From Monocercomonoides exilis PA203 (lineage: Eukaryota > Protista > Preaxostyla): DNA of 64,000 nucleotides. Location: assembly GCA_001643675.2 (NCBI GenBank), contig LSRY02000021.1, positions 62,001 through 126,000 on the forward strand, written 5' to 3'. Numbering within the stretch: the first letter of the stretch is position 1; each line of letters opens with the position of its first letter. The notes under the pieces were generated by a model that was given only the letters and a program-made list of their open reading frames with translations, searched no databases and was not told where the DNA came from. Shown in pieces: positions 14,400-26,396 of this stretch. The position numbers and the translations under genes were made by a program.

Positions 14400-15589
14400 A
14401 TGTCTTCTTCGTCAAATGACAAGTTTCAATTTTGGTTTGGCTTTCCTCATGACACATTAACGGAAGAATCCCAAATGAAGCTTGCAGAATATGAGGTAAG
14501 ATTGATATTAGTTTTATTTTTGAATAATGAAAAATAGACTAATTTACAAAAAAGGACATTACAATGGTCAAAAATAGCAGAAAAAGATCCAACTTTCAGT
14601 AATTTTGTAAATAAATCATCAGCGAAAAACTTATGTAGAGCTGGGTTTGTTGCAATATTTTGTCACTTATGATAACAAAAATATTTAGAATTCCTCCTCA
14701 ATATCGTGCCATAGTGTGGAGAGCGTTTTGTAATAAATTAAAATCCAAGTCACAATATCGTTATGAACAATATATTTCGATGCATGAAACTGAAAATCCT
14801 TCAACTTATCAAGATATAGAAAATGATTTAACTCGAACTTTTCCCGAGCATCCTGTACTTTCTCAGCAGCAGTCGATGGATAAAATGCGAAATATTTTGC
14901 GAGCATATTCATGGAGAAATCCTACTATTGGATATTGTCAATCTATGTCATTTATTGTTGGCTTATCAATGTTAGTGTTTGAGCGAGAAGAAGATTGTTT
15001 CTGGCTTCTTGTACATCTTCTGGAATCTATTCCTTCATATCACTCTAAAAGCATGCGAGATGCCAGGATTGATTTGAAAGTTATGGATGATTTGATGAAG
15101 AAATATGCCAATAAACTCTACACGCATATTCATAGTTTGGGTTATTCGGCAGAATTTATATGTGTAGAATGGTTTCTAACACTGTTCTCCAAGACAATGG
15201 CACCAGAATTTGTATTTAGAGTATGGGATGCGATGATGATTGAAGGAAACAAGATTTTATTCAGGGTATCACTTGGATGCTGTATGTATTTCGAAAAATT
15301 GTTTCTTCTTCCTGAAAACAAAAATCGTTCTCCAATGGCGATTCTTTCCGAGGAAGGAAAGAAATGTGTAGCAGTCGAAAAGATTTTCAAAAAAGGATTT
15401 GGGATCTTGAATTTTTCTCGTACCACTTTGAATCGAATGCGCAAAGAGAATGAAAGGGTTGTTGATAAAGAAAATGAGGAAGTTGAAGCGCTAAGAAAGC
15501 GCGACAAGGAAAGGAAAGAAAAAGCAAAATTAAAAGAAGATGAAAAGAAAATCTCTAAGATGGATGAAAGCGATTCATCGACAAATTAA
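14400..15589 (+). CDS. TBC-domain Rab GTPase-activating protein; 2 short introns
   Basis: GIPPQYRAIVW, IENDLTRTFP (Arg finger), GYCQSMSFI (Gln finger), EWFLTLF, RVWD, EGNKILFRVSL. Confidence 0.92.
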
Positions 15590-15848
15590 ATAATCGCTCA
15601 TCGACTTCCTTATCTTCGTTTCAAAAAACAAATCTTGTCAAATTAATTCTTTTCTGTCATTTGAGTTCTCATTTCCATTTTGTTTGATTCATTTCCTCAG
15701 CTGTTATAAACTTTTTTTTCAAAAACATGTTTTATTTGCTTCCTAATTTTTTCCTGTTTTGGGAATCAAATGAAATGGAAGAAAATATACACATTTAATT
15801 AAAGTAATCTTTCTAAATAAATTGATGACAGTTTTAATATTATATAAT

Positions 15849-16804
15849 TTAACCCCAGAAATCATCTATAAACTGCTGTGGGGTCTTTCCTTTCATTGCA
15901 GCATTGCTTGTCATATCTTCTTCTTCTAAAAACCCTTTATACTCTCTTGCTTCTTTTTCTTTACGCAATTTCTCTCTTCTTTCCTTCTCCGCTAATTCAG
16001 CTTCAGCTTTTCTTTCTCTTTCTCTTCTTATTATTTGCCTGTCTCTATGCTCTCGTTCCTCTGTGTAAATTTATCAAAACAAAAAAATTAGCAGTTCAGC
16101 GGTTTAAGCAAAATATAAAAAATATTTAAAAAGTTATAAATACATGATTCTATTGTATCAGACCTTTTAAATTGATTGGTTTTTCCTCTTTTCGCTTCAT
16201 AACACGGTTGCTAATTGTTTTATCTTTATTTACCATTTTGTGAAAAACCTTTTGAAATGAAATAATAATCAACCAAAATTATTCCATTAAACAATGTTTT
16301 TTTATGATACCCTCTTTTGATTGTGAAATCCAATTTGACCAACATCCATTGAGGCATCTTTTCTCAGATTTGAAAAATGTGTGTAACAGCATGAAACAGA
16401 AGCAAGCTTGCATCCTTTAAAAGCAAGTATGCAAAAAAATCACAAAAATGAAAATGGAATGAAAATGTTTTCCAATGATCATGAAAAAAACCTTCAATGG
16501 AATTTGCTTTAACAAGTTGAAGGCATTCCTCCAAAACATCTTCAGGAATCATTTCAAGTTCGACTTCAACAGGGAAACCTCTTGGATCTGGAAGATGTCG
16601 CAAATATACATGTGCTGATGAATATGAATCAACATGAAACCTTAAAAAATTAAAAAATGCACTGTTTCAATAATGAATGCTTATCAAAGTGAATAACCAT
16701 ATATCTTCTGGAAAGCCATATTTTAATAATTCTTCATTTTCATATTTATCTCTTCCCATGTAATAAACGTAATCATCATTGCACGAAGTGAAAAAAAACA
16801 CCAT
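15849..16804 (-). CDS. CCDC25: Coiled-coil domain-containing protein 25 (NFACT-R/DUF814 domain), multi-exon
   Basis: [65 protein letters not shown]-terminus FIDDFWG*. Confidence 0.92.
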
Positions 16805-17214
16805 TTTTTCAGATTTGTTTCCATACTTTATATTTGTGACATATAATTTTTTCTTTATTTTTTGCTGTGCACCAATTTGTGACGAATTTTTTTGCCTTAT
16901 GAATTTTGTCCCATTCTGCACATTAAATTATATTTCTCAATTTTGGATATTTTATTATGTTTTTTTGACACGTGAATGAAAGATTTATTATGGAAATAGT
17001 GTGGAAAAAGTTTGGTCCAAATTGTTGTTTTTTTCATAAATGAAAGAATTTTGCCCCATTTATAATATAACTCGATTTCTTTGTTCGTAAAATAGATATT
17101 CGTGAAAGTAATTATTTTTATTTTTTTGTTAAATTATGCAAATAATTTCTTAATTTTTTTTTTTTATCTAATAAACTTTTTAAAAAAATAAAAAAAATTT
17201 TTTTGATTCCATTT

Positions 17215-17591
17215 TGGCGATTGAATTAGAAATCATAACTTTTTTGAAGCGTTTATTCTTCAAATGTTTCGTTTCTGAATAGAGAAATCATTTATTGAAA
17301 AGGATAATGCACATTGATTGAATCAAAATAACAATGTGTCTTTTTTTTTTTAATTAACTTTTGTTTTGTTTTCTGGTCAAAATGAAAACTGAATATTTTA
17401 TTATTCACCTTATAATTAATCACAAGGAACTTTTCAAAAATTTTTCAGACATGAAAAAGGAAATAGTCTTGTATAAATATTTTTTGAAAAAATATTTAAA
17501 GAATTTCAGTGATCATTAAACACATTCAAAGAAAATTCTCGAACTGAAATTATTTAATTCACAATAATATGGGTTCAAAAATAATCACCCA
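17215..17591. mobile_element. Degenerate copy of MITE family B
   Basis: GAAATCATAACTTTTTTG at ~17229 and TTCAAAAATAATCACCCAT at ~17574-17592 match the left and right ends of the element at 18667-18922. Confidence 0.5.
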
Positions 17592-17619
17592 TTTCCACAA
17601 TATTTTGTTCACTTCATTA

Positions 17620-18025
17620 TAGTCAGTGTTAATAATGGTGGACACTTTCAATAACTGTGGACAGTCGAATTTTCTCAACAACCATTGATAGTTGCATTCT
17701 GACAATTAACTCAATTATTCCCTCATTGAATGTGAATTAATACGAATCGTTTTTTTCATTCACACATCACAATTAAATTTTGTAATAAACAATTACTATA
17801 TTCGGAGAAACTCGGAGTATCAAATTTCTCCGAGTTTCTCCGAAAATAGAAAATGCTATTTTCTTGATTCTGAAGAGAAAGTTGTTTCATTTCTGTATAT
17901 CTTATAAGTTCATATTTATTGAAGGAATAATTGGATTTTTTGTTAAAATGCAACGATCAACAGTTGTTGAGAAAATTCGACTGTCCACAGTTTTTGAAAG
18001 TGTCCACCATTATTAACACTAACTA
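17620..18025. mobile_element. MITE family A (406 bp foldback), non-autonomous partner of the pogo/Fot1-like element
   Basis: TIRs TAGT(C/T)AGTGTTAATAATGGTGGACACTTTCAA.AACTGTGGACAGTCGAATTTTCTCAACAAC at both ends in inverted orientation, flanked by TA (17618-19, 18026-27); the first ~44 bp match the TIRs at 43334 and 53175. Confidence 0.92.
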
Positions 18026-18184
18026 TATTTAATTATGAAAGTGAAACATCTCAACGCGATATTTTCCACTGGTTGTGAACAACAAGATATAACGAACTGG
18101 ATTTTGATTGGTATTGCATTTGGATACAATTATTTTTTTCACAAATAAAACATCCACCATGTCAGTGAATTATTATTTCTCTGT

Positions 18185-18185
<1 letters not shown>

Positions 18186-18260
<75 letters not shown>
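18186..18260. repeat. Poly(T) tract (~75 nt) followed by T-rich degenerate repeats
   Basis: Directly visible homopolymer. Confidence 0.95.
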
Positions 18261-18262
<2 letters not shown>

Positions 18263-18429
18263 TTTTTTATTTTTTTTATTTTATTTTTTTATTTTTTTAT
18301 TTTATTTTATTTCAGATTTTGAAATTTTATAAGCAATTTTTCCTGAGAGTGAAAACAAGCTGATAAACATTTTCTTCTTTTCTTTCTGTTCAGACATTGT
18401 GTGTTTGAAAATACACAAATCAATTCAAA

Positions 18430-19684
18430 ATGAATTTAAAAAATATAATGACTGTTCGAAATTTTATTTTTTTCTGTCATTGAAGCCAGTTTTAGTTTTT
18501 GATGTTCGCAATAGATCTTTTAACAACGTGAGTGGATATTTCTTTGAAAGTCTTCAAAAATGAAGTGATTAAATGTTCCTCTCCTTTGCACCTGAGAGAA
18601 TTTTTCTTCAGCCTTTTTCTTCAAAAGCAAATGATATTTTTGATCGGAATAATTTCTCGTGAATATGGGTGATTATTTTTGAAATCATAACTTTTTTCGG
18701 AGTGTTTAATTCTGGATTTTTTTATTGAACGTGGATAGAAAATTGTCATTTGCACACTTTTTGAATTGCAATTGTGACAAAATGTGAGATTTGAAATTCA
18801 TTCATGAAAAAATTATTTGTGGACAGTGAGATCACTTTTCGATGTTTACTGATAAAATCGCAAAACAAATTATTTTATCGAAATTTTTTTCTGGAAAAAC
18901 ATGATTTCAAAAATAATCACCCATATGCTTCAATACGTTATGTTTATTATCCAGTTTCTCAAATGATATCATCAACAAGAACATGGTGAATAGATCCATT
19001 TTCCAAAACGACCACGAATGAGCCTTTCTCTATTCCAGTCAGCAGAAACCTTTTCACATAGAATTCAATATTTTCATGTGTGATTGATCTTTGAATTAAC
19101 TCAATGATGCCCATCCCATCTTGAAAAGTTGATGTAATTGCAGATACAGACTGAGTGATGTGAAGGGGTGAAATGAAGGGTTTCTCTCCATTTTTGTTCC
19201 AGTCATATTTTCGAATTCAATTTTTATTTCATAAAGTTTCGTCCATGCAAAATATATTTGCTCCATCCTTTTGATAGTGAAATTACTAATTCACAAAATT
19301 GATTCATAACATTTATTCCTTCCGAATTGGATAAAAAGTGCTTATTGTTATTCTTTTTGAAAAAATCAAAGATAATTCAAAATTATTGAAATGGGATTCC
19401 GATAATATTAGATGAATGAATGTTTTTCCTTTTGAAAATTCAGAAATATATTATTCTTCTCCAATTTGTCTAACTGATGAAATATAATCAGCTTTTATTC
19501 TCTCTTTGACCAATTTTTTTTATTTGTTTCATTGTTGTCCAGTTTTTTCCTTCCTTAATTATCAAGCTGAAAAATTATCTCGATGCCTATGAAAACCTTT
19601 GCTTAATCATTCGATATCAATATTGAGGTTAATAAGAATAGAATTGGATGACAATATTCCGTTTTCTTTGGTCATAATTTCCAT
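18430..19684 (-). pseudogene. Decayed Tc1/IS630-type (DDE) transposase, interrupted by MITE B
   Basis: Minus-strand translation gives NIFCMDET (~19243), FVVVLENGSIH (cf. DNxxxH, ~19000) and, after removing the MITE, AYSREIIPIK (cf. YSPELNPIE); many stops and frameshifts; outer limits approximate. Confidence 0.7.
18667..18922. mobile_element. MITE family B (~256 bp) with GGG...CCC termini
   Basis: Perfect inverted repeat ATATGGGTGATTATTTTTGAAATCAT (18663-18688) / ATGATTTCAAAAATAATCACCCATAT (18901-18926); TSD is ATAT or TA; removal restores the transposase reading frame. Confidence 0.85.
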
Positions 19685-19825
19685 TTAATTCTGATAATTT
19701 TTTTCTATTCGCAAATTCCGCTAAAGTGAATGTTTTTTTCCTTCTCTTTTTCTTTCGTTAATTTTTCATTTCTCAACTTTTTTTTTTTCTTTGTCTTTCT
19801 TCTATTTCTTTTTCCAATATGTGTT

Positions 19826-19827
<2 letters not shown>

Positions 19828-19885
<58 letters not shown>
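19828..19885. repeat. Poly(T) tract (~58 nt)
   Basis: Directly visible homopolymer. Confidence 0.95.
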
Positions 19886-19886
<1 letters not shown>

Positions 19887-20651
19887 ATTGACGAAGTGGA
19901 TATTTCACTGTGTGAATGACTTGAAGATAAATAGGTTTTCCTTGAAATATTTCGATGTGAGGTGTGAATTGCTCTCCCAAATCTCTTTTTTTTTTTGTTC
20001 CATGTCAAAAGCATGTATGTTTTCCATTTTTCCAAGTGCAAAACAAAATAGAACGTTATTTTTGGGTCATTTTGATTTTCAGAAAACAAGGAATGATTTT
20101 TTTTTGAACATTATGATATCAAAAGATAAATAGTGTGTTTCTGAAATATAAAAAAATATTCAAATGACAAACTTGTTTTGCTATCTTTGTTTTATTTTAA
20201 TAATCCGTATTTTTCATAATGATTTCAAGCAAATGATGAATCGAAGTTAAGATAATATTTTTTATTTAATTATTAAAAATTCGTATTTTTTTGCTTTGTA
20301 ATTAAAAAATACTGCTGAGTGGATTTATTCACATAATCATTTTCACAAACATTCAATCAATATTTTTAGTATATTTTCTTTTGCAGAATGATAATATCCA
20401 TCGATTCATAAAAATTTAACCATAATGAATAATAAAATTTTCATATTTTTGTTTTTGGAAGTTAAATAAAAGGATAAACATTTTAACGTGTTTCCTTATT
20501 TGAAGAAATTTAATTGAAAAATACTTGCATAATTTACACAAGGTTTTCTGTTATTTTCTTTCATTTGAATTCATAGTTAATTGTTTATTTTTGATAATTG
20601 TAACAAAATGAACAACAAGAATATTGTTCAAATAATTGCATGCAAAGAGAA

Positions 20652-23600
20652 ATGGTATGTATTTTTCCGTTAACGCTTTTGAAGATTTTTTCACACACAA
20701 CAATGATTATAATTTTTTGTTATTTAATTATGAAAACAGATTAATAACGAAGAATTCTTTGGAGAAGATGAAATATTTGGAAGAGAAGATAAAAATGAAA
20801 AACGTAAAAGAAAAGAAATGATGAAAGATTTGGAGTTTCAAAAAGAAGCAGAGTCTTTATTTCAAAATTCAGACTTATTTATCGAAGATGAATCAGAATC
20901 GAGCACAGAATGGAGCTCTTCTCACGAAGAAGAAAATGATATTAATGAAACTTTAGATAGTACCTCCAATAATGGTGGCTCAAAACGAAAAACTCGAGGA
21001 AAATCAAAGTTGTTATCATCTAGAGAAGGAACTTCTTCAGTTAATATTTCTGATTCATTGACATTACCCCAACACATGCCATTTCCTAAATTTTTCCATG
21101 TTTCAACTCAATCGAAAGCGGATAATATTTTGCGAAGAATGCTTCTTTTCACATACCGGAAGATAATAACAACAACAGATTTTGTAGATATGCTGGCTCA
21201 AAGGTTGGATGATATAGCAAGCTTAATAGAAACCACAGAGGAAAGAAAAAGGGATGAGCAGAAAAAAATGCATGACGAAAAATCAAAACAGATTATTCAT
21301 GAAGCAGATAACGAAGGGAAGAGTTGCGAAGAAGCAGAAAAAGAAGAAAAGGATATTGTACAAAAAGGTGGCCTATTCAAAAAACTGAGTTTAAAAGATA
21401 AAGATAAAGATAAAGATAAAGAAAAAGAGAAGAACACAACAAAACGGAAAGGGAAACAAAGCAAAGAAGAAGAAGAAACAAAAACCGAACTCAGCACGAT
21501 GCAACATTTGGAACTTCAGCTGCAGAAACTTCGAAGTGAAGAGCTTTCACTCGCAGAGCTGTTTGTGAGCTGGACGAAACAATACAACGACCCATTCATC
21601 GAGTTCATAACAGGCAGAGGTGGTCAGAAGAGTTCATCATCATCATCATCATCATCCTCAATAACGTCAACAACATCATCTTCTTCATCCTCTTCTTCCT
21701 CGTCTGCTTCTTCTTCTTCTTCTTCTTCTCAAACTCCATCCACTTCTTCATCTGCTTCATTGTCTTCCACAGCTATCTCTTCCCCTTCCTTCCAACAAAC
21801 AAGCCCAGTCAGTTCGCTTTTTGTGCGTTTCCGTTCAGTTGCCCAGCACTTGCAGCTGAGATGGGGTGTGTCTTCGTTGGGAGAGAAGGCTGTGATGATA
21901 CTCGAACAGAGGAAAGAGGCAGTGCTGGTGAAACTATTAGCACTGGAGAAGGAAGAAGAGGAGAAGAGGAAGGCGAAAGAGGAGGAAAGGAAACTGAAAG
22001 AGAAAGAAGAAGAGAAAGAGAAAGAGGGAGAGAAAAAGAAAGAAGAAGAAAACGAGGAGAAATGCGAAGAAACTTGCAAAGAAGAGAAAGCAACCAAAGA
22101 AAACAATAACGATAATAAAGAAGCAGACCATAAAGAAGAAGAAGAAGAAGATGATGATAATGACGAAGAAGAAAATTCTCATAAGTTAATTGCAATTCAA
22201 CAAACAAACACAACTTCAACATCAACACCATCATCAACATCAACAACTCCAACCACGACTTCTTCTTCTTCCTCATCTGCTTCCTCATCTGCTTCCTCAT
22301 CTGCTTCCTCATCTGCTTCTGACCCAACACCTTCATCTTCTTCAATGTCACCCCTATCAACTGCACTTCCATCTTCTCTGTTGGCTTCTCCTTCTTCATC
22401 AAAAACTGTCACAACAACAACAACACCATCATCATCATCGTCTTCTTCTCCTTCCTCCTCTCCTTCTCCATCATCATCCATTTCATTCTCTTCCTCATTC
22501 GTCCTCCCTCCCTCCTATCTCCATCTCCCTGACCCCTCTCCTCCTCCCCCCCTCTCCTCCTGCACCTTCCTCCTTCCTTCTGTCAACTCCACCTTCTTCC
22601 GCTCAACTGCTGTGGATGTGCCCCACTTCTCGGCCTCTCTCAGCCGAAAGCACAGCGCCCTCTTCCGCTCCCTCACTCTCTCCGAGTTCGTCTCCCAGGC
22701 GTGGATGAAGCCTGCCCTCAAACACTTCCACTCGCCCACCATCGTCGCCATCACTGCTCTCTTCAACACCCTCACCCGCTTCGTCCCGCAGGTCGTCCTC
22801 TCCTGGCAGTCGCCCAAAGAGCGTGCCCACTGTATCGCTGAGTTCTTCGCCCTTGCCCACTCACTCGCTGCAAGAGGAGACTTCCACGGCGCCTTCGAAA
22901 TCTTCATGGGACTGCAGCACCGCTCCATACAGAGGCTGAAGAAGACAACCGTGCTCTGCCCAGACTATCAGCTGAAGCCGTATCATTCTGTTTCTCTGCC
23001 GTTTCTGTCGTTTTCGCTCTCTTCCAATTCCTCTTCCAATTCATCATCGTCATTATCTTCCTCCTCATCTTCTTCTCCTTTCTCCTCCAACACTTCATAT
23101 TCCAGCACAAACAACTCATCGTCCTCGTCTTCCTCACAATCTCTTCCTCCTCTCTTCTCCCTCTTTTCCAGAGCACCTGCCTATCCCATCCTCTCCAAAG
23201 TGCTCTCTCAAACACAAAAGCCTTTCATTCGCCCGCTTCCCCTCTTTTTGCACGACCTCGTCTTTTTCGAAGAGAAAGGTGGATTTTCTGGGGTTATCAA
23301 GAAGAAGAGGTACAAAAGAAGGAAAAGGAGAAAGAAGAGGAACGATGGGAAGGAAGACGAAAAGGGTAATATTTCACAACAAAATGGTTCAAATGAATCA
23401 AAGCCAGAATCAGACTCAAAAAATACCACTCAATCTGCTTCTCGTTCATCTCCACTTTCAACAACGTCATCAACATCTTCATCAAACACACCAAAAAGTG
23501 AAGAGAAGTCCAAAGGGGATGAGAAAGAGGCAGAGATGTGTGTGGTCGAAGTGGAGGAGAAGCTGATGAATGTGGATGCTTGTTGGAAGCTCTTCAAAAT

Positions 23601-25219
23601 GGTTGACTCTTTTCTGAGTGAAAGTGCTGGCTTTGTTGTGAATGAAGACGAATGCCCAACACAGCTGCAATCCTCTCTTATCAATGAAAGTGCAATTGCA
23701 TCAGCCGTTCCCTCTCCTTCTGCCTCGCCTTTCCCTCAGACATCTTCTGGTTCTTCCACACCTCCTTCCTCTTCTCCTTCCTCCTCCTCCTCTTCCTCTT
23801 CTTCTTCCTCCATTCTGTCATCTCAGCCACAGCACCATCGCTCCAACACCCACACGCCCACCACAGCTGCCTTTGCCCCCTTCGACTTCTCTTCTCGCTC
23901 ATCCCACTCGCGTGTGAGGATCATCTCTGAATTGTCTGAGCCATTCATCCGCATCGCCTCTGACGAGCAGCTCGTGGAACGCTCAAAGGAATTGGAGCCT
24001 CCGCCTATTCTGAACACACTCTCTTCTTCTTCTTCTTCCACTTGCTCTTCTTCTTCCTCTTCTTCTTCTGCTTCCTCCTCCTCCTCTTCTTCCTCATCAT
24101 CAGTTTCAACATCTTTTCCTGCAACCCCATCTTCAACAGGATCAGCTGACAACAAACCTTCTTTCGATGAAAACGAATCCGAAAGCTCAAAAGAATCTTT
24201 CCATTCTCCCTCAAAAGCATCATCTGCATCCAACAGACACTCATTGAGATCGCCTTTACAACCAGCACATTCGCATTCTGCTTATGCTTCTTCATCCCCT
24301 TCCTCTTCATCCTCATCATCATCATCATCATCATCATCCTCTTCTTCTTCTCCAACGTCTTCTCGTTCAGCCAGCCAGCACTCACCCATCCCTTCTCCCC
24401 CTCCTTCTCGCTGTAAAGATGACACTCCCCTTTCCCATTCACAATCTTCTGTTCTGTCTGAACAGCCCCTTTCCTCTGCTCCTCTTTCGCTTTCCTCTCA
24501 AAATCGCTCTTTGTCTGACAGCAGCGACAGTTCTGCAGTCGACTCGCCTTCTTTCTCTGAAGCATCGTCTGCCTCACAAACACACTCAACACTCAGAAAC
24601 ACCCAGACACTCACACAAACACCGTCCCCTCCTCCTCCTTTGTATCAGATAGACCAGAAGTTGGATATGCTGTCTTCTTCACCTTCTTCTTCTTCGATTC
24701 CTTCTTCCTCGCCCCCTTCTTCTGCCACCACAGATGCCAACACAAATAAGTCTTCATTCACAAATGCCTCTTCATCAGCGCAGTCGCTTTTCAGCGACGG
24801 ATTCAATCCACTTGTCAACACACACAAACCAAACAGCACTCAAAACAGTTCATTTGCCAAAGGACATTCACTTTCTGATGACTCGTCTGGCAAAGCCAAA
24901 TCTTCTTCGTCTGCTCTTTCTGATGGTTTTCCTCCAAAACACTCGTTTTCTGCTTCTTCTTCTGCTTCTCCTTCAAATTCTCCTCTTAATTCTCCTCTTA
25001 ATTCTCCGTCCAACTCTCCGTCTAATTCTCCGCTTTCACATCGTTCTCTGTTGAGACACTCACACGCACTGTCCAGCTCTTCTTTGAGCACAATGCTCCC
25101 TTCTACACGCAACTCTGCCTCTCTTTCACCTTCTTCTCATTCACATTCACTTTCTGCTTCTTTGTCTCTTCAGCTCCCTTCTTCCTCTTCCCCTTCTTCA
25201 TCTCTTCAATCACAACCAC

Positions 25220-25250
<31 letters not shown>

Positions 25251-25782
25251 TTCATCTTCATCATCTTCTTCTTTTCCTCCTTTTTCCTCGTGCAACACCC
25301 CCACTTCGACTATCGCTCCTCCTCCTTCTTTCTCTTCCTCTTCTTCTCCTCTGCCAACACGCACCCTCTCCTCCCCCTTCTCCAACATCTCTTCTTCTGC
25401 CACTGTCTCAAGCACACAGGCGCCTCAGCCAACAGCCTTTGTCAACTCTCTCACTTCTGTCCTGTCTGAGTTTATGACAGACATTTCATTCGAGTCGGAG
25501 CCTTCTCTTTCTCCTCCGCCGCCAACTCCTCCTCCCATCCAGAACATCACTACAGAGGAGGAGATTACATCTGACTCATCTCTCACTGCTCTTCCTGCTC
25601 CATCTTCATCATCATCATCTTCTTCCTCCTCCTCCTCATCTTCTCCTTCTTCTCCTCCTCCTTCGTCTTTTGAGGGTAATAATTCTAATGCTGTTGCAGA
25701 GACACCATCTGCAACACAGCTAACAGTTCCTCCTTTGCCCCCTCCTTCGCTCACTTCATTCTCTCTTGACAGCAAAAATTAG
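20652..25782 (+). CDS. RasGEF (CDC25-homology) domain protein with extensive poly-Ser inserts
   Basis: REM-like FTYRKIITTTDFVDML; QAWMK..SPTIVAITALFNTLTRFV..ERAHCIAEFFALA..GDFHGAFEIFMGL..SIQRLKKT; PFIRPLPLFLHDLVFFEE. Predicted first coding exon is only ATG (20652-54), intron 20655-20739. Confidence 0.85.
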
Positions 25783-26396
25783 ACATTTCACCCACAGAAA
25801 ATACACACAACAGTCAGTTTGGAAAAGCTTTTGAGAATCTGTACATGTTTATGTATCAAGCATCTCCAATGATTTCCTCCTGTTTAATACAACTTTTCTG
25901 TGAAATTTACATTCACATCATTCGACATACGCAAATATTTCGTTTTACTGTCTTACTATTTGTTTTATTTATGAACTTGTGCTTTTATATTTGGAGGGTC
26001 TTCTTCCTTTCTTTCTTCCTCTTGCTTATTTTGACTGTAAATAACGAGGAGACACAGCGCAAATTATTTTGAGAATTACGTTGCTGCATAGTGTTATTAT
26101 TTTTTTGTATTTGGTGTTTGTTATATCTATTCGACATTTCACAGCAAAAATACAATTTGAGATTCATGAATATATTTTTTAAATAAATAACAACAGAATT
26201 TATGGATGTGTTGATGAATTGCAATGTTGATCGGAGCAAATATATTTTTTGAAACGAATAAAATGAAATGACAAATGAAATGAAAAAACGTTAGTAAACA
26301 ACGTTATTTGCGCGTTTTGCATTTGCTTTAAAAGTTGGTGATGTATGCTGTTTTTTAAAGTGTTTTATTTTCGAATAAAGTGATTATTTAGTTTGA

